From the NCBI GenBank assembly GCA_963675595.2, contig CAXXLZ010000002.1, positions 3,808,001-3,872,000 of the forward strand: 64,000 bases of DNA. Direction: 5' to 3'. The notes under the pieces are model-generated. The model saw only the letters and a program-made list of their open reading frames with translations. It searched no databases and had not been told where the DNA came from. A program made the translations under genes and the position numbers. Source of the DNA: Thermodesulfobacteriota bacterium (GTDB taxonomy: Bacteria; Desulfobacterota; Desulfarculia; JACQYL01). This document shows positions 9,645 through 20,031 of this stretch, piece by piece (position 1 is the first letter of the stretch; the number at the start of each line of letters is the position of its first letter).

Positions 9645-10826
9645 TTACTGCTCCAGTTCGAAGATGCCGGCGGCCCCCATGCCGAAACCGATGCACATGG
9701 AAACGAGTCCGTATCGGGCTTTTCTGGCCTGCATCTCATAGATGAGTTGGGTGGTGAGTTTGGCTCCGGTACAACCCAACGGGTGGCCCAAAGCAATGGC
9801 GCCACCGTTGACGTTGGTGATTTCCGGGTTGATGCCCAGTTCCCGCATGCAGTAGAGGGCCTGAGCGGCGAACGCCTCGTTGAGCTCGAAAAGATCGATC
9901 TGGTCCAAAGTCAGGCCGGCCAGCTTGAGAGCCTTGGGAATGGCGAACGCAGGTCCCACCCCCATATATTCGGGGGCCACACCCACCGCCGTGTAGGCGC
10001 GGAATACGGCCAGAGGCTTGAGGCCCAGCTCTTTGGCCTTTTCCCGGCTCATGAGCATGACCGCGGCCGCACCGTCGCTCATCTGAGAAGAATTCCCCGC
10101 GGTGACCGTACCCACGGCCTTGAAGGCCGGTTTGAGTTTGCCCAGAGATTGAGCGGTGGTTCCGGGGCGCATGCCTTCGTCAGTATCGAAAATCATCTCG
10201 GAGAACTCGAAATGACCGTTGGGTTTCGGCTTCTGCACGCGCACGGACAACGGTACGATCTGGGACTTGAATCTTCCTTCCTTGATGGCGCGCTCGGCCC
10301 TCTGTTGGCTTTCGGCTCCGAAGGCGTCCTGGTCTTCTCTCGAAATATTGAAACGTTCGGCCACGTTCTCCGCGGTAAGTCCCATGGGTTCGTACGAACC
10401 GGGCCTAACTTCCACCAAGGCCGGATGAGGCGACATGTTGCAGCCTCCCATGGGGATCAGACTCATGCTCTCCACTCCGCCGGCGATGACCACGTCGGCG
10501 AAACCGCACATGATTTTTTCCGCGCCGATGGCAATGGACTGCAGACCGGACGAGCAGAAACGGTTGACCGTCATGCCGGGGACGGAATCCGGAAGTCCCA
10601 ATGCGTTGACCAGCACTCTGCCCATGTTGAGGCCTTGCTGGGCTTCGGGAAAGCTGCACCCGATGATGACGTCTTCAATGTCTTCGGTGTTGAGCCCGGG
10701 GGTCCGTTGAATCAACTCCTTGAGTACGGTGACGCCCATGTGCTCGGGCCGGGTTTTGGACAGGACGCCCCTCGGGGCCTTACCGACCGCGGTTCTGCAC
10801 GCGGCGACGATGACAGCTTCTTTCAT
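9645..10826 (-). CDS. fadA: Acetyl-CoA C-acyltransferase (thiolase)
   Basis: [34 protein letters not shown]. Confidence 0.93.
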   Translation of the reverse strand: MKEAVIVAACRTAVGKAPRGVLSKTRPEHMGVTVLKELIQRTPGLNTEDIEDVIIGCSFPEAQQGLNMGRVLVNALGLPDSVPGMTVNRFCSSGLQSIAIGAEKIMCGFADVVIAGGVESMSLIPMGGCNMSPHPALVEVRPGSYEPMGLTAENVAERFNISREDQDAFGAESQQRAERAIKEGRFKSQIVPLSVRVQKPKPNGHFEFSEMIFDTDEGMRPGTTAQSLGKLKPAFKAVGTVTAGNSSQMSDGAAAVMLMSREKAKELGLKPLAVFRAYTAVGVAPEYMGVGPAFAIPKALKLAGLTLDQIDLFELNEAFAAQALYCMRELGINPEITNVNGGAIALGHPLGCTGAKLTTQLIYEMQARKARYGLVSMCIGFGMGAAGIFELEQ

Positions 10827-10928
10827 GGCTTGTTTCCTCCCATGGCTGGATCCAGGAGCGACGCCGTGCGCCTGAAGGGTCCGGATCCATGGCGTTGTGA
10901 TGTTGGCCTTCCGCGACCCTGCGCACCG

Positions 10929-13361
10929 TTAGTTTCTCAAGGGTTTACCCGTGGACAGCATGTGCTGGATTCTTGCCTGCGTCTTGGGATCGCCGCAAAG
11001 ACTCACAAAGGCTTCCCGTTCCAGGTCCAGCAGATATTGTTCTCCGACCAGGGTATCCGGGATGACGTTGCCTCCGCAGAGCACCCAGGCGACTTTCTTG
11101 GACACGGTGAGATCGTGGTCCGTAATGAATCCCGCTTTGTGCATGGTGTAGAGCGCGTAGTCGAAAACCGCGATGCCGTCGGTTCCCATAACTCGTATGG
11201 AATCCTTGCGCCCGGGAGGCGTATACCCCTCCAGGTTCATGGCCAGTACGGTCTGCTTGGCGTCGTAGATCAGATGATCGCGATTGATGGTGACCCGGTC
11301 GGTGGGACGCAGGTAGCCGATCTTTTGCGCTTCGGAACCGCTGGTGGCCACCTTGGCCATGGCGATGGTTTCAAAAGCCCGGGCGACAAAGGGAAGCAGA
11401 TCGATCTGTCGGTTGTAAACGCCTCCTTTGGCCACTTCGAACAGGTTTTCCGTGGCTCGGATGATCATTTCCTTGGAGCCTCCTCCTGCGGGAATGAGGC
11501 CGACGCCCACTTCCACCAAGCCCATGTAGGTTTCCGCCGCTGCGCGGACCCGGTCCGACGCCAGGCAGATTTCACATCCTCCGCCGAGAGTCAATCCCGC
11601 GGGAGCGGTCACCACGGGCTTATCCAGGTATTTGAGCTTCATGAGGGCGTTCTGCAGATAGGATACGCTCCAATGCAGATCGTCCCACTCTTCCTCCTGG
11701 GCGGCGAAGAGCACCATATAAAGGTTGGCTCCCGCCGAGAAATCGGTGCCGTGGTTGGCCACGACCAGACCGTCGAAATCGCGGCTCACAATGTCGGCGG
11801 ACTTATGGATCATGCCGATGATGTCCACGCCCAAGGCGTTCATTTTGGTGTGGAATTCCAGGCAGGCCACGCCGTCGCCGATGTCCACAAGGGAGGCTCC
11901 CTTGTTTCCCGCTACGAGTTTGTTCCGATCCTTGAGGGAGGGAAGCAGGATGATCTGAGGGGACGCTTCCACGGGGTGGTATGTTTTGCCGGCGGGATCG
12001 TAAAAAAGCCGGACGCCGTCTTCCTTTTTATAGAAGGAAGTGAATCCGGCTTCCATCATTTCCAGGATCCATAAGGGGAGCCGGTATCCCGCCTCGGACA
12101 TCTTCTTGCAGGATTTTTCGAGTCCCAGCACGTCCCACGCCTCGAAGGGGCCGAACTCCCGGGCGAAGCCCCATTTCATGGCGTTGTCCACGTTGACGAT
12201 GTCGTCGGCGATTTCAGGCACGCGATTGGCGGCGTAGATCAAGCCTTCGGACATGGTCTTGAAGGTGAATTGCCCGGCTTTGTCTTTGGCGTAGTAAAGC
12301 GCTTTGATCTTTTCCTCGGTGGTGCCGAGATTCTTGGCGGCTTCAAGGGATTCGAAACGGGCCTTTTTCTGCGGGGTGTATTCGAGGGTCTTGGGGTCCA
12401 AGGAAAGGACGACCTTCTTGCCTTTGTCGTCCGTGGACTTTTTGTAGAAACCCGCTCCGGATTTTTCCCCCAGGAGATTCTTGTCGATCATGGACTTGAG
12501 CAGATCGGGGACCTGAAACTCGTCGCGGCGTTCGTCTTGGGCGGCGTTGTCGTATACGTTGGAAGCCACGTGAGCCATGGTGTCCAGACCCACCAGGTCC
12601 GCGGTCCGGAAGGAGGCGCTTTTGGCGTTGCCGATGACGGGACCGGTGATGCCGTCCACGGCTTCGACGGGGAGTTCCATTTCCTGCATGGTCCGGATCA
12701 CGGAGAGCATGGAGAACATGCCGATGCGGTTGGCCACGAAGTTGGGAGTGTCTTTGGCGAACACGATGCCCTTGCCGAGGTTGCGTTCGGCGAAGGCGGC
12801 GATGCGTTGGACGACTTCCGGTTGCGTATCCGGCCCGGAAATGATTTCCAGGAGCTTCATGTATCGGGGCGGATTGAAAAAGTGCGTTCCCAGGAAATGC
12901 TTGCGGAAGTCTTCCGAGCGGCCTTCGCACATGGCGGCCACGGAAATGCCGGAAGTGTTGGAACTGATGATGGAGCCGGGCTTGCGGACGGATTCGATTT
13001 TTTCGAACACGGCCTGTTTGATGTCCAGGCGCTCCACCACCACCTCGATGATCCAGTCGGCGTCTTTGAGCAGTTCCAGGTCGTCTTCCAGGTTTCCGAC
13101 GGTCACGAGCTTGGCGTTTTCCGGAACGTAAAAAGCGGCCGGTTTGGCCTTCAAAGCGGTCTGAAGACCGCTCTCGGCGAATTTATTGCGGAATTTTGGG
13201 GAATCCGGAGTTAGTCCTTTGGCTTGGTCCTGGTCGGAGAATTTGGGCGGCACGATGTCCAGAAGGGTGGTGGGGACGTTCGCATTGGCGAGATGAGCCG
13301 CAATGGCGGCGCCCATCACCCCGGCTCCGATGACCGCGGCTTGGTGGATATTGGGTTTCAT
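10929..13361 (-). CDS. fadN: 3-hydroxyacyl-CoA dehydrogenase / enoyl-CoA hydratase (FadN type)
   Basis: N-terminal GAGVMG Rossmann, SNTSG, THFFNPPRYMKLLE; C-terminal crotonase LGGGCE..GLVE.GVGLIP; ends GKPLRN. Confidence 0.9.
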   Translation of the reverse strand: MKPNIHQAAVIGAGVMGAAIAAHLANANVPTTLLDIVPPKFSDQDQAKGLTPDSPKFRNKFAESGLQTALKAKPAAFYVPENAKLVTVGNLEDDLELLKDADWIIEVVVERLDIKQAVFEKIESVRKPGSIISSNTSGISVAAMCEGRSEDFRKHFLGTHFFNPPRYMKLLEIISGPDTQPEVVQRIAAFAERNLGKGIVFAKDTPNFVANRIGMFSMLSVIRTMQEMELPVEAVDGITGPVIGNAKSASFRTADLVGLDTMAHVASNVYDNAAQDERRDEFQVPDLLKSMIDKNLLGEKSGAGFYKKSTDDKGKKVVLSLDPKTLEYTPQKKARFESLEAAKNLGTTEEKIKALYYAKDKAGQFTFKTMSEGLIYAANRVPEIADDIVNVDNAMKWGFAREFGPFEAWDVLGLEKSCKKMSEAGYRLPLWILEMMEAGFTSFYKKEDGVRLFYDPAGKTYHPVEASPQIILLPSLKDRNKLVAGNKGASLVDIGDGVACLEFHTKMNALGVDIIGMIHKSADIVSRDFDGLVVANHGTDFSAGANLYMVLFAAQEEEWDDLHWSVSYLQNALMKLKYLDKPVVTAPAGLTLGGGCEICLASDRVRAAAETYMGLVEVGVGLIPAGGGSKEMIIRATENLFEVAKGGVYNRQIDLLPFVARAFETIAMAKVATSGSEAQKIGYLRPTDRVTINRDHLIYDAKQTVLAMNLEGYTPPGRKDSIRVMGTDGIAVFDYALYTMHKAGFITDHDLTVSKKVAWVLCGGNVIPDTLVGEQYLLDLEREAFVSLCGDPKTQARIQHMLSTGKPLRN

Positions 13362-13377
13362 GCCGTCCTCCTGAAAT

Positions 13378-13395
13378 TGAATGGTTCTTCATTCA
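13378..13395. promoter_or_regulatory. FadR(YsiA, TetR-family)-like operator 2
   Basis: TGAATGG-TTCT-TCATTCA just upstream of the fadN SD. Confidence 0.6.
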
Positions 13396-13442
13396 GTATG
13401 GGGTTCAAAAAACGAACTCGAAAGCCTGAGGAAAAATAATTA

Positions 13443-13460
13443 TGAATGAACTCTCATTCA
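13443..13460. promoter_or_regulatory. FadR(YsiA, TetR-family)-like operator 1
   Basis: Perfect TGAATGA-N4-TCATTCA palindrome, downstream of a minus-strand TTGACA (about 13492-13497). Confidence 0.7.
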
Positions 13461-13749
13461 CTGAGAATTCCTACCATGCCCTTTCCGGCGTTGTCAACCT
13501 TTTTCGTAAGGTGAGCGTTCCGCAGGTAAGCCTGTAATTCTTAGCACGTCGGACGGAGAGGCCGTCGGTGGACGACCAGGGCCGCGTTTCTTCCTAAATT
13601 CACGCCTTCCTCGGAATGCGTTCCCCTTCGCATCCCTGGACACCGCTGTTTGCTCGTCCTGGTAAGACCGGTGCCCAGGACCCCGGGGAACGCCGAGCCC
13701 CGGCTGGCCTCCGGTCCGCGTATCTCCACTTCCTTTACCACCCCAGTTG

Positions 13750-13920
13750 GGGCTCGAAGCCGAAGCAGGACAGGGCGTTCGGATTCACTCAGCTGTTTCG
13801 CCAGGCGTTTGACAAACCCAATTCCGTGGGATTCGCCATGGAATTGGGTATGCTGTCCGATCCTTCGGCAGATGATGTGATGCAACGCTCCCGCGCATCC
13901 ATGCGCGCTTTGCGCTGCAT
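13750..13920 (-). pseudogene. REP-associated tyrosine transposase (RAYT) N-terminal relic
   Basis: MQRKARMDA(frameshift)GALHHIICRRI...FVKRLAKQLSES resembles RAYT MPRKARIDAPGALHHIICRGIE; HUH region missing. Confidence 0.6.
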
Positions 13921-14191
13921 GACTGCTTGGTATCATGGAAGATGAAACGAAGAAACTCGTGAACTCAACATCGTGCCTCTCTTCTGCTGGAGCGCCTACG
14001 ACGTTTTGTCACGTTAATCAACAACGTGCCTCTACTCTCCCGCTGTCTGTTATCAATTCACGCAACAGGCGAAGGCCATGCAGAAGATTACCATCGAAAA
14101 ATCGGAGACCGACGGTCCCGGCTGATTTGCCCGCCACCGCCTTGGCGACCGGCAAATCAGGTTTCGGGAATGATCCTATTTATGACATTGC

Positions 14192-16204
14192 TCACAGAGG
14201 CGGAAACTTCGCTTGTAACACGCTTATCATTTCAGGACTCAACTGTTTAAATAGTTCGGCATTGTAGGATGCATTGTACGGAACGCTGTTTTCCGGCAGG
14301 TTGGATAGGTCCACGAACCGGATACTCGGGTCGGTAAACGGGTTGTCGTCGGTCGGAGTGCCTTGGGGTCGGGTCGGATCCATACTCGGCACGGGAATAG
14401 CGCCGCCGGCCATGGAAACGTTGGCGTTATTCAGGGTTAATTCGGTTTGGATGATTTGTTGAGTCGCAATCGCATATTTGCGTGATGTGGCCGCAGGCGT
14501 ACCTTCTGCGACCGCCGTATCTACGTTGGTCGTAACGATTGAAATGGTGTAGTCGTTGTTGAGATATATTTCAAACGTACGAAACTGTTGGGGAAAATCC
14601 CTCAACGACGAAGTCTCGACTTGCCAGAATCCTTGTTCGGGATGATTGGAGTCGGGTGAGATAAACGCCTTAACGGTGTTCAGGTGACGATGCCCAGCTA
14701 TCCACATAAGGAGATTGGGAGTGCTCTGCAGCTTCTGAACCAGTTCAGCCAGGGTTACCGCATTCCTGTTCTCCTGCGAGGTCGTGGACTCTCCCAACCA
14801 CCATTCCGTTTCAGAGCCGATGGCTGAAACCGCGATCGGAACATGCGCTGCAATGATCATGAGTTGATTGGCGGCCTGTCCGGCGGCGAGTTCGGCTTGA
14901 AGCCATTCCCATCGTTCAGCGTCAAGATAGCCGTGCCCGTGTATATCGTTGGAGCCGTCGTTTTCCGACTGCGTATCGTCGAGTACGATCACTTTGAGAG
15001 GTATGTCTGATTTGGGCAAAAAGCTGTAGCAGGCAAATCCGCTGGTTTGGTTTGGGTCAACCAGATTAAGACCATGGCCCACGGGATAGGATGACGTGTT
15101 AAAGAATTCCTGTATCCATTCCGTCCTTGAGAGGGAGCGACGGTTTGGGTCCGCTGCAACGGATGGGGCGCCTTCATTGAATTCTTCGTTCGTGACCGCG
15201 CCGGCTTTGATAATAGCCCCGTAAGGAGTTGATCCGTCAATGACGCCCATGTAGTACTTCGGCGTATCCGGAATATTTTGCATGTTGAACAAGACAGGGA
15301 ATGTCGTAAGGTCGGGAACGAGAATATCCGATACGGCCCACACGGTATCGTTGATGTAAGACTCACGGAGACCAAGAGCAGGGTCGGCGTCCACTGGGAA
15401 TGAGCCTATAAGAAAGTGATCATGGTTGCCGAGTGTTTGATACCATGGGATCGATTTATCGAGCCCGGCAGCCTTGAAGGGCCTCTGATAGTCGATATCG
15501 TCGGCTCCGGCATGACTGCCGGAGCTGGGAGTAATGATCCGGCCGTCGATCACATCAATATACCATCTGAGCTCATTGTATGAAGTGCTGTTGCAGGTGT
15601 CTCCCAGTGAAATGGCGAAATCAAACGGATTCTGTTTGTTCAAAGCGTTTGCCGTCTGCATGGCGGCATCGAGGACTTGAGTTGTGTACATCATGACGGG
15701 GGAGTAGATTGAAGTGTTCACTCCGGCGTTGGGGCCGTCGAATTGCTGAAGATAAATCAGCTGGTTCGGCGCTTCCTCGTCCGTAATATGAATATCGCTT
15801 ATCGTAAAAAAATTCAGAAACTTGGCGTTTCTGACCGGCGTTGGGTTGGTATAACCGGCCGGCATCACATCCGTCCGTTGTTTTGAGGGAAGCGGTGCGC
15901 CAAAAGTCCAACCGCCATAGCCCAGTGCGTCGTATTCCGAAACCCGGCAAAGCTCGGTGGGAGCGAGTCCCGGACCGCCGTTGGGGCTATTGGGGGTAGC
16001 TGGGGCCAAACCGGCGGCCTCGGTCGACGTGGGCCATGGAAAAGACAGCATCCGCTCGGCGGTAGTGACAACCGTGGAATCAATCGGGTATCCCCGGACC
16101 GAACCGTTATCGTCTCCGCATCCGGATAGGGAGAGGATGACCAAGCCCGTCAAGAACAACAAGGTAAGTTTCCTGTTTTCAAAGCATCGTTTCATGGAGT
16201 TCAT
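14192..16204 (-). CDS. Exported metallophosphoesterase lipoprotein (TIGR03768-like)
   Basis: Lipobox LSGC; DIH, GD, GNHDH, GHRH calcineurin-like motifs. Confidence 0.8.
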   Translation of the reverse strand: MNSMKRCFENRKLTLLFLTGLVILSLSGCGDDNGSVRGYPIDSTVVTTAERMLSFPWPTSTEAAGLAPATPNSPNGGPGLAPTELCRVSEYDALGYGGWTFGAPLPSKQRTDVMPAGYTNPTPVRNAKFLNFFTISDIHITDEEAPNQLIYLQQFDGPNAGVNTSIYSPVMMYTTQVLDAAMQTANALNKQNPFDFAISLGDTCNSTSYNELRWYIDVIDGRIITPSSGSHAGADDIDYQRPFKAAGLDKSIPWYQTLGNHDHFLIGSFPVDADPALGLRESYINDTVWAVSDILVPDLTTFPVLFNMQNIPDTPKYYMGVIDGSTPYGAIIKAGAVTNEEFNEGAPSVAADPNRRSLSRTEWIQEFFNTSSYPVGHGLNLVDPNQTSGFACYSFLPKSDIPLKVIVLDDTQSENDGSNDIHGHGYLDAERWEWLQAELAAGQAANQLMIIAAHVPIAVSAIGSETEWWLGESTTSQENRNAVTLAELVQKLQSTPNLLMWIAGHRHLNTVKAFISPDSNHPEQGFWQVETSSLRDFPQQFRTFEIYLNNDYTISIVTTNVDTAVAEGTPAATSRKYAIATQQIIQTELTLNNANVSMAGGAIPVPSMDPTRPQGTPTDDNPFTDPSIRFVDLSNLPENSVPYNASYNAELFKQLSPEMISVLQAKFPPL

Positions 16205-16398
16205 TCTCCGTATGCAATTAAATATGGGTGTGGGGTTTGGGGTGAGTTTTTACAAGAGGGGAACCCTTGAATCCCACAGAAGCGGGACCCTCTCCCTGCC
16301 GATGGGACGCCTCGCAATATTTTCATTCACCTCCATGGGCGAAGATGCCCGTCCGCTTCGCATTGCCGCAAAATGCCGCTTCATGCGTAAGCATTGAC

Positions 16399-16480
16399 GG
16401 GGGAGGACTTTCGGGAAAGTCCTCCCCCGCCCCCCTTTTCAAAGCACTTTAAGAGTGCCTCGCCGCCTTCGGCGGAGAGG
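16399..16480. repeat. Structured REP/MITE-like repeat, copy A
   Basis: GGGGGAGGACTTTC-GG-GAAAGTCCTCCCCC plus two further hairpins; homologous to 36771-36850. Confidence 0.7.
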
Positions 16481-17051
16481 CTGAGGAAGCCATGGGTTTC
16501 CTCGCTGATTTCCAACGTTCCTTACATTTGCTGAATCGGCAAAGACGCCGGCAACTTCTGCTTCGTCCCGAACGGGACGGAGCCCCCCTCCGCTGTACTC
16601 CCCGCGCCGATGTCCCGGTCACCCTGTGAATACGAACCTTCATGCATCGGCACGGTCGGCGCCAAAGCTTAATTCCTCTGAGGGTGAGACCGGTAATGGA
16701 AAAGTCGTTCCTCTAAGGCCACCGTCTTTGCACACATATAGAATTTTTATTATAGCACCGACTCTGCTGAATAACACGTCATGGATTCCGGCCTATTCGT
16801 CCTTTTTCGACTATGTCTTCCGGGTTCAACCACCTTTGGCCGGCATAGCGGCACATTATCTCAACTTCCGGATCAGAAGCTCAATGATTCGTAATGTGGG
16901 AACAACGAGAATATCGTATGGTCGTCGGGCCAACTCGTGAGCAGCCTCTGCATCATCATGAAAAAATCAAACAGGAGTTTCAGAGATTGTTCAGGAAACA
17001 GTTCTGAATCAGCTGAAATCAAGGGATAAATCAGCTTTGGAGTTGTAGAAC

Positions 17052-17933
17052 CTAACCGTCCTTTATTGTATATCCAAGAGCGGTGAGCACCTTGGTCCGG
17101 ATATCGTTGGGTTGCTCGATTTGAACGGAAGGTTGTGTGGCGCCCTTTTGCCAACTGAAGACGGAGTTGAGGCTTGCCATTTCTTCCATATGTGTTTTTG
17201 CGGTTTCGGGCCCGCCGACCTTAAGTTCCAGGAGCCTCAGGCATGAGAGGGCGATGATACAAGTCAAAAGATGACGGCGGATCTTGCTGTCGGTCCAGTG
17301 AAACATCGGGTTGATCCTGACGTGGCGTGGGGCCCTGCTCACCCGAAACTGCTGCTCGATGAGGAATCTGTCAAGGGAAGCCTGGATGATGGCCTCGATA
17401 ACCCAATCGTGATCGTCGGCGACGATGAGATTCTTCCCCATGACGGCCTTCGCCGCCTCGATCTCCGCATCGTCCCTTCGGAAGCTCATGGCCTCTACCG
17501 TGAAAGCCGGGCGATGGAATTTGTGGCTGATTTGAAGCTGTTCACAGACCTTGTGATAACGGGTGGTAATGGTTTTAGGCTTTCGCCATTGAGGTTCCCG
17601 GTCGCTGAACTTTTGCCGGAATAGGAGGAGCTCCGTCTTCAGTTGATCCGGTTTCCGGCTTATATCGTGAAGCTTTTTGCGTTTTGTAACCGGGTTGAAG
17701 GTGACCACCACGGTGCGCTCCAGACCCAAAAGGGTCAGCTTGGTCCGGTAAGCGGTGAGTCCGTCGTCGGGGCGTTTTTCCGCTTCGAGCCGATGGTTTT
17801 TGGGGATATCAAGAATGAGGAAGCGCTCGGGATTCAGGGCGGCCGGATGGTCGGCAAAACAGGTGGGATAGGTCGTAATGAAATAGGTTCGGCTTTGGGC
17901 ATTGATGCGGGCCATGTTTTCTTTTGAATTCAT
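17052..17933 (-). pseudogene. IS1634 transposase C-terminal fragment
   Basis: Paralogous to 18003-19727 (DKGMNS, FITTY, HWTDSKIR); N-terminus deleted, interrupted by the inner IS, premature stop KDG*VLQ. Confidence 0.85.
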
Positions 17934-17945
17934 GCCCTTGTCAGA

Positions 17946-19902
17946 CAGGAGTTTAAGAGTTACCTGGGCAGAATAGTCTATAAGGGCTGTAAAAGCAGTA
18001 AGTTACGTTCTGAAAGTTTGTAAGACCCCACCGTCGTTCATCTGGAAACCGAAGGCGTGCAGGATTTGGGCCTGGATGTCGTTCGGTTGTTCGATCATGC
18101 GGAGGGGTTTTCGTTTTGCCGGACTGAAGCAGAGGCAGGAGTGGAGTCTTTGCATCTGCTGCATGACGGTTGAGGCTGTGAGATTCAGTCCGGCGCGCCG
18201 CACTCGGAGTTCAATAATTCGAAGGTAGGTGAGCGCGACAACGCAGGTCAGGATATGGCACCGGATTTTTCCATCCGTCCAATGACGGATCGGAAAGAGG
18301 GAAACCAGGTCGTGGTCCTTGGTTTGCCGAAATGCTTTTTCTACTATGTATCGATCCAGGCAGGCCCGTACAATTTCATCCGTACTCCAATCCCCGTTAT
18401 CCGTTACGATGATGTTCTTTCCGAATCGGTTAATGTATCTTCCGATCCGATAGAAGTTCTTGCGGAAACCCATGCGGGTCCGCCCTTGATCCATTTCGAA
18501 AGTCAAATCGTAGAGGTCGTCGGGGAGATGCAATTCCTTGCAGCGATCCATGTAGCGTTCCCGGACTTGCTTGGGATTTTTCCAGTGGGGCGCCTGCTCC
18601 CTGACCTTAACCCGCATGAGATAGAGTTCCTCTTGGATCTGGAGCATCTTTCTTTCGAAGGAGTACCTATGCTTGGCGGCGGTTCTCGGATTATGAGTCA
18701 CCACGACGGTTCGCAGTCGTCCCCAAAGTTCTCCCGTAGTTCGCCAGGCCGTCAGAATATCTTCCTCCCGGCCCAGTTTCTTCAGCTCTTGATTCTTAGC
18801 GGTCTCCACCGGTTCAAACCGGGACCGATCAACCTGGGCAAGGTCCTCTGCGAAGTAGGTGGAATAGGTGGTAATGAAATGGAGGTTCTCATGGGCGTCG
18901 ATGCGGGCGATATTGGCTTCGGAGTTCATTCCCTTGTCGAAAACGAGGGTCAGGTGAGCACCGGTCCCTTTTGTACTTTGCATGCAAGCCCGGATTTCCT
19001 CCAGGGTCCGGTGAAACACTTTGGAGTCGTGACGGTTGCCTTCGTACGCTTTGTAGAAAAGCGGCATCTGGGTATCTCTTGACACCAGAAGGGCGATGCC
19101 GACTTGACGTAGCCAGTCGCGGCCGTCCTTGCTTTTTCCTCGCCGGGCCAGTTCGGATGGGGTATCGCTGCTCATGAAGGTGTAGTAGTTGGTGGTATCG
19201 AACAGAAAGCAATCCGAATCCGCGGGCTCGATCTCCTGAACCTTCCGGAAGAACCGGGCCGCGATCTCCTCGATGTGCTCCGGTGTTACCCGATCCCACT
19301 TTTCCCAAAATCGCTGGGAGGTGAGTTCCCCCACGTCCACAGGTCGGATCGCCTGGATGGCCGTGTCTTTAAACCACGATTCCAAAGCCCGCTTGGAGCG
19401 GGAATCGATCATTCGATTGAAAACCGCATACAAGAAATACTCGCCGACGGAAGGTCCGTCCTCTCTTCTTCCTTCGGGAACCACCGAGTCCACGATATCC
19501 GCGAAGCAGGCTTCCCGGTCGATGAGTTCGGCCAACCATAACGCCCCGAATTCCTGAGCTTGAATTTTGCTTAATCCGGCCCCGCCTCCCGCCGCCATTT
19601 CCAGAATCCGCTCAGGGCTACCCAAATAGACTTGGTTGACGACCTTGGGTTTGCCTTCGACCCGAGCCATCTCTCGAATGTAGTAGTAGGGTCGTCCCTT
19701 TTTCATCTTCTTATGCAAATGAGCCATGCACAAATAATAGCAGTAGGGTCGTACGATGTCAAGAAAACAATGTAACTACTGGAATTTTATAGACGATAAT
19801 GGTCGGAGACGAATAGTAGAGGGGTCTTACAGTGGGACTGCTATAATGCACTGAATTTACAATAAAATTCGCAATTATGGCTGGCTATCTCTTAAACTCC
19901 TG
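17946..19902 (-). mobile_element. Intact IS1634-family element (inner, 1957 bp)
   Basis: IRs CAGGAGTTTAAGAG / CTCTTAAACTCCTG; 5-bp TSD TCAGA (17941-17945, 19903-19907). Confidence 0.92.
18003..19727 (-). CDS. IS1634-family transposase
   Basis: MAHLHKKMKKGRPYYY, LFDTTN, VFDKG, VEKAFRQTK, HWTDGKIRCH. Confidence 0.9.
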   Translation of the reverse strand: MAHLHKKMKKGRPYYYIREMARVEGKPKVVNQVYLGSPERILEMAAGGGAGLSKIQAQEFGALWLAELIDREACFADIVDSVVPEGRREDGPSVGEYFLYAVFNRMIDSRSKRALESWFKDTAIQAIRPVDVGELTSQRFWEKWDRVTPEHIEEIAARFFRKVQEIEPADSDCFLFDTTNYYTFMSSDTPSELARRGKSKDGRDWLRQVGIALLVSRDTQMPLFYKAYEGNRHDSKVFHRTLEEIRACMQSTKGTGAHLTLVFDKGMNSEANIARIDAHENLHFITTYSTYFAEDLAQVDRSRFEPVETAKNQELKKLGREEDILTAWRTTGELWGRLRTVVVTHNPRTAAKHRYSFERKMLQIQEELYLMRVKVREQAPHWKNPKQVRERYMDRCKELHLPDDLYDLTFEMDQGRTRMGFRKNFYRIGRYINRFGKNIIVTDNGDWSTDEIVRACLDRYIVEKAFRQTKDHDLVSLFPIRHWTDGKIRCHILTCVVALTYLRIIELRVRRAGLNLTASTVMQQMQRLHSCLCFSPAKRKPLRMIEQPNDIQAQILHAFGFQMNDGGVLQTFRT

Positions 19903-20031
19903 TCAGAGAACAAAGTAAGGGTTTTGTTTTTGTCCGCAAAGCCCGGGAGCTTGTCTCTGAAATTCCTGTCAAAGAAATTCTCAGGTTTTGTCGTACTGAA
20001 AGTGGCCCCCAAGGTTGGAGGCTCAGCATTG

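Larger units (their letters stand above)
16972..19968 (-). mobile_element. Internally deleted IS1634-family element (outer) carrying a nested IS
   Basis: IRs CAGGAGTTTCAGAG (16972) and CTCTGAAATTCCTG (19955-19968); 5-bp TSD TCAAA on both sides. Confidence 0.85.

Noticed and set aside
9747-12074. 775-aa plus-strand ORF
   Set aside because: Antisense shadow of fadA/fadN in GC-rich DNA; no recognisable motifs
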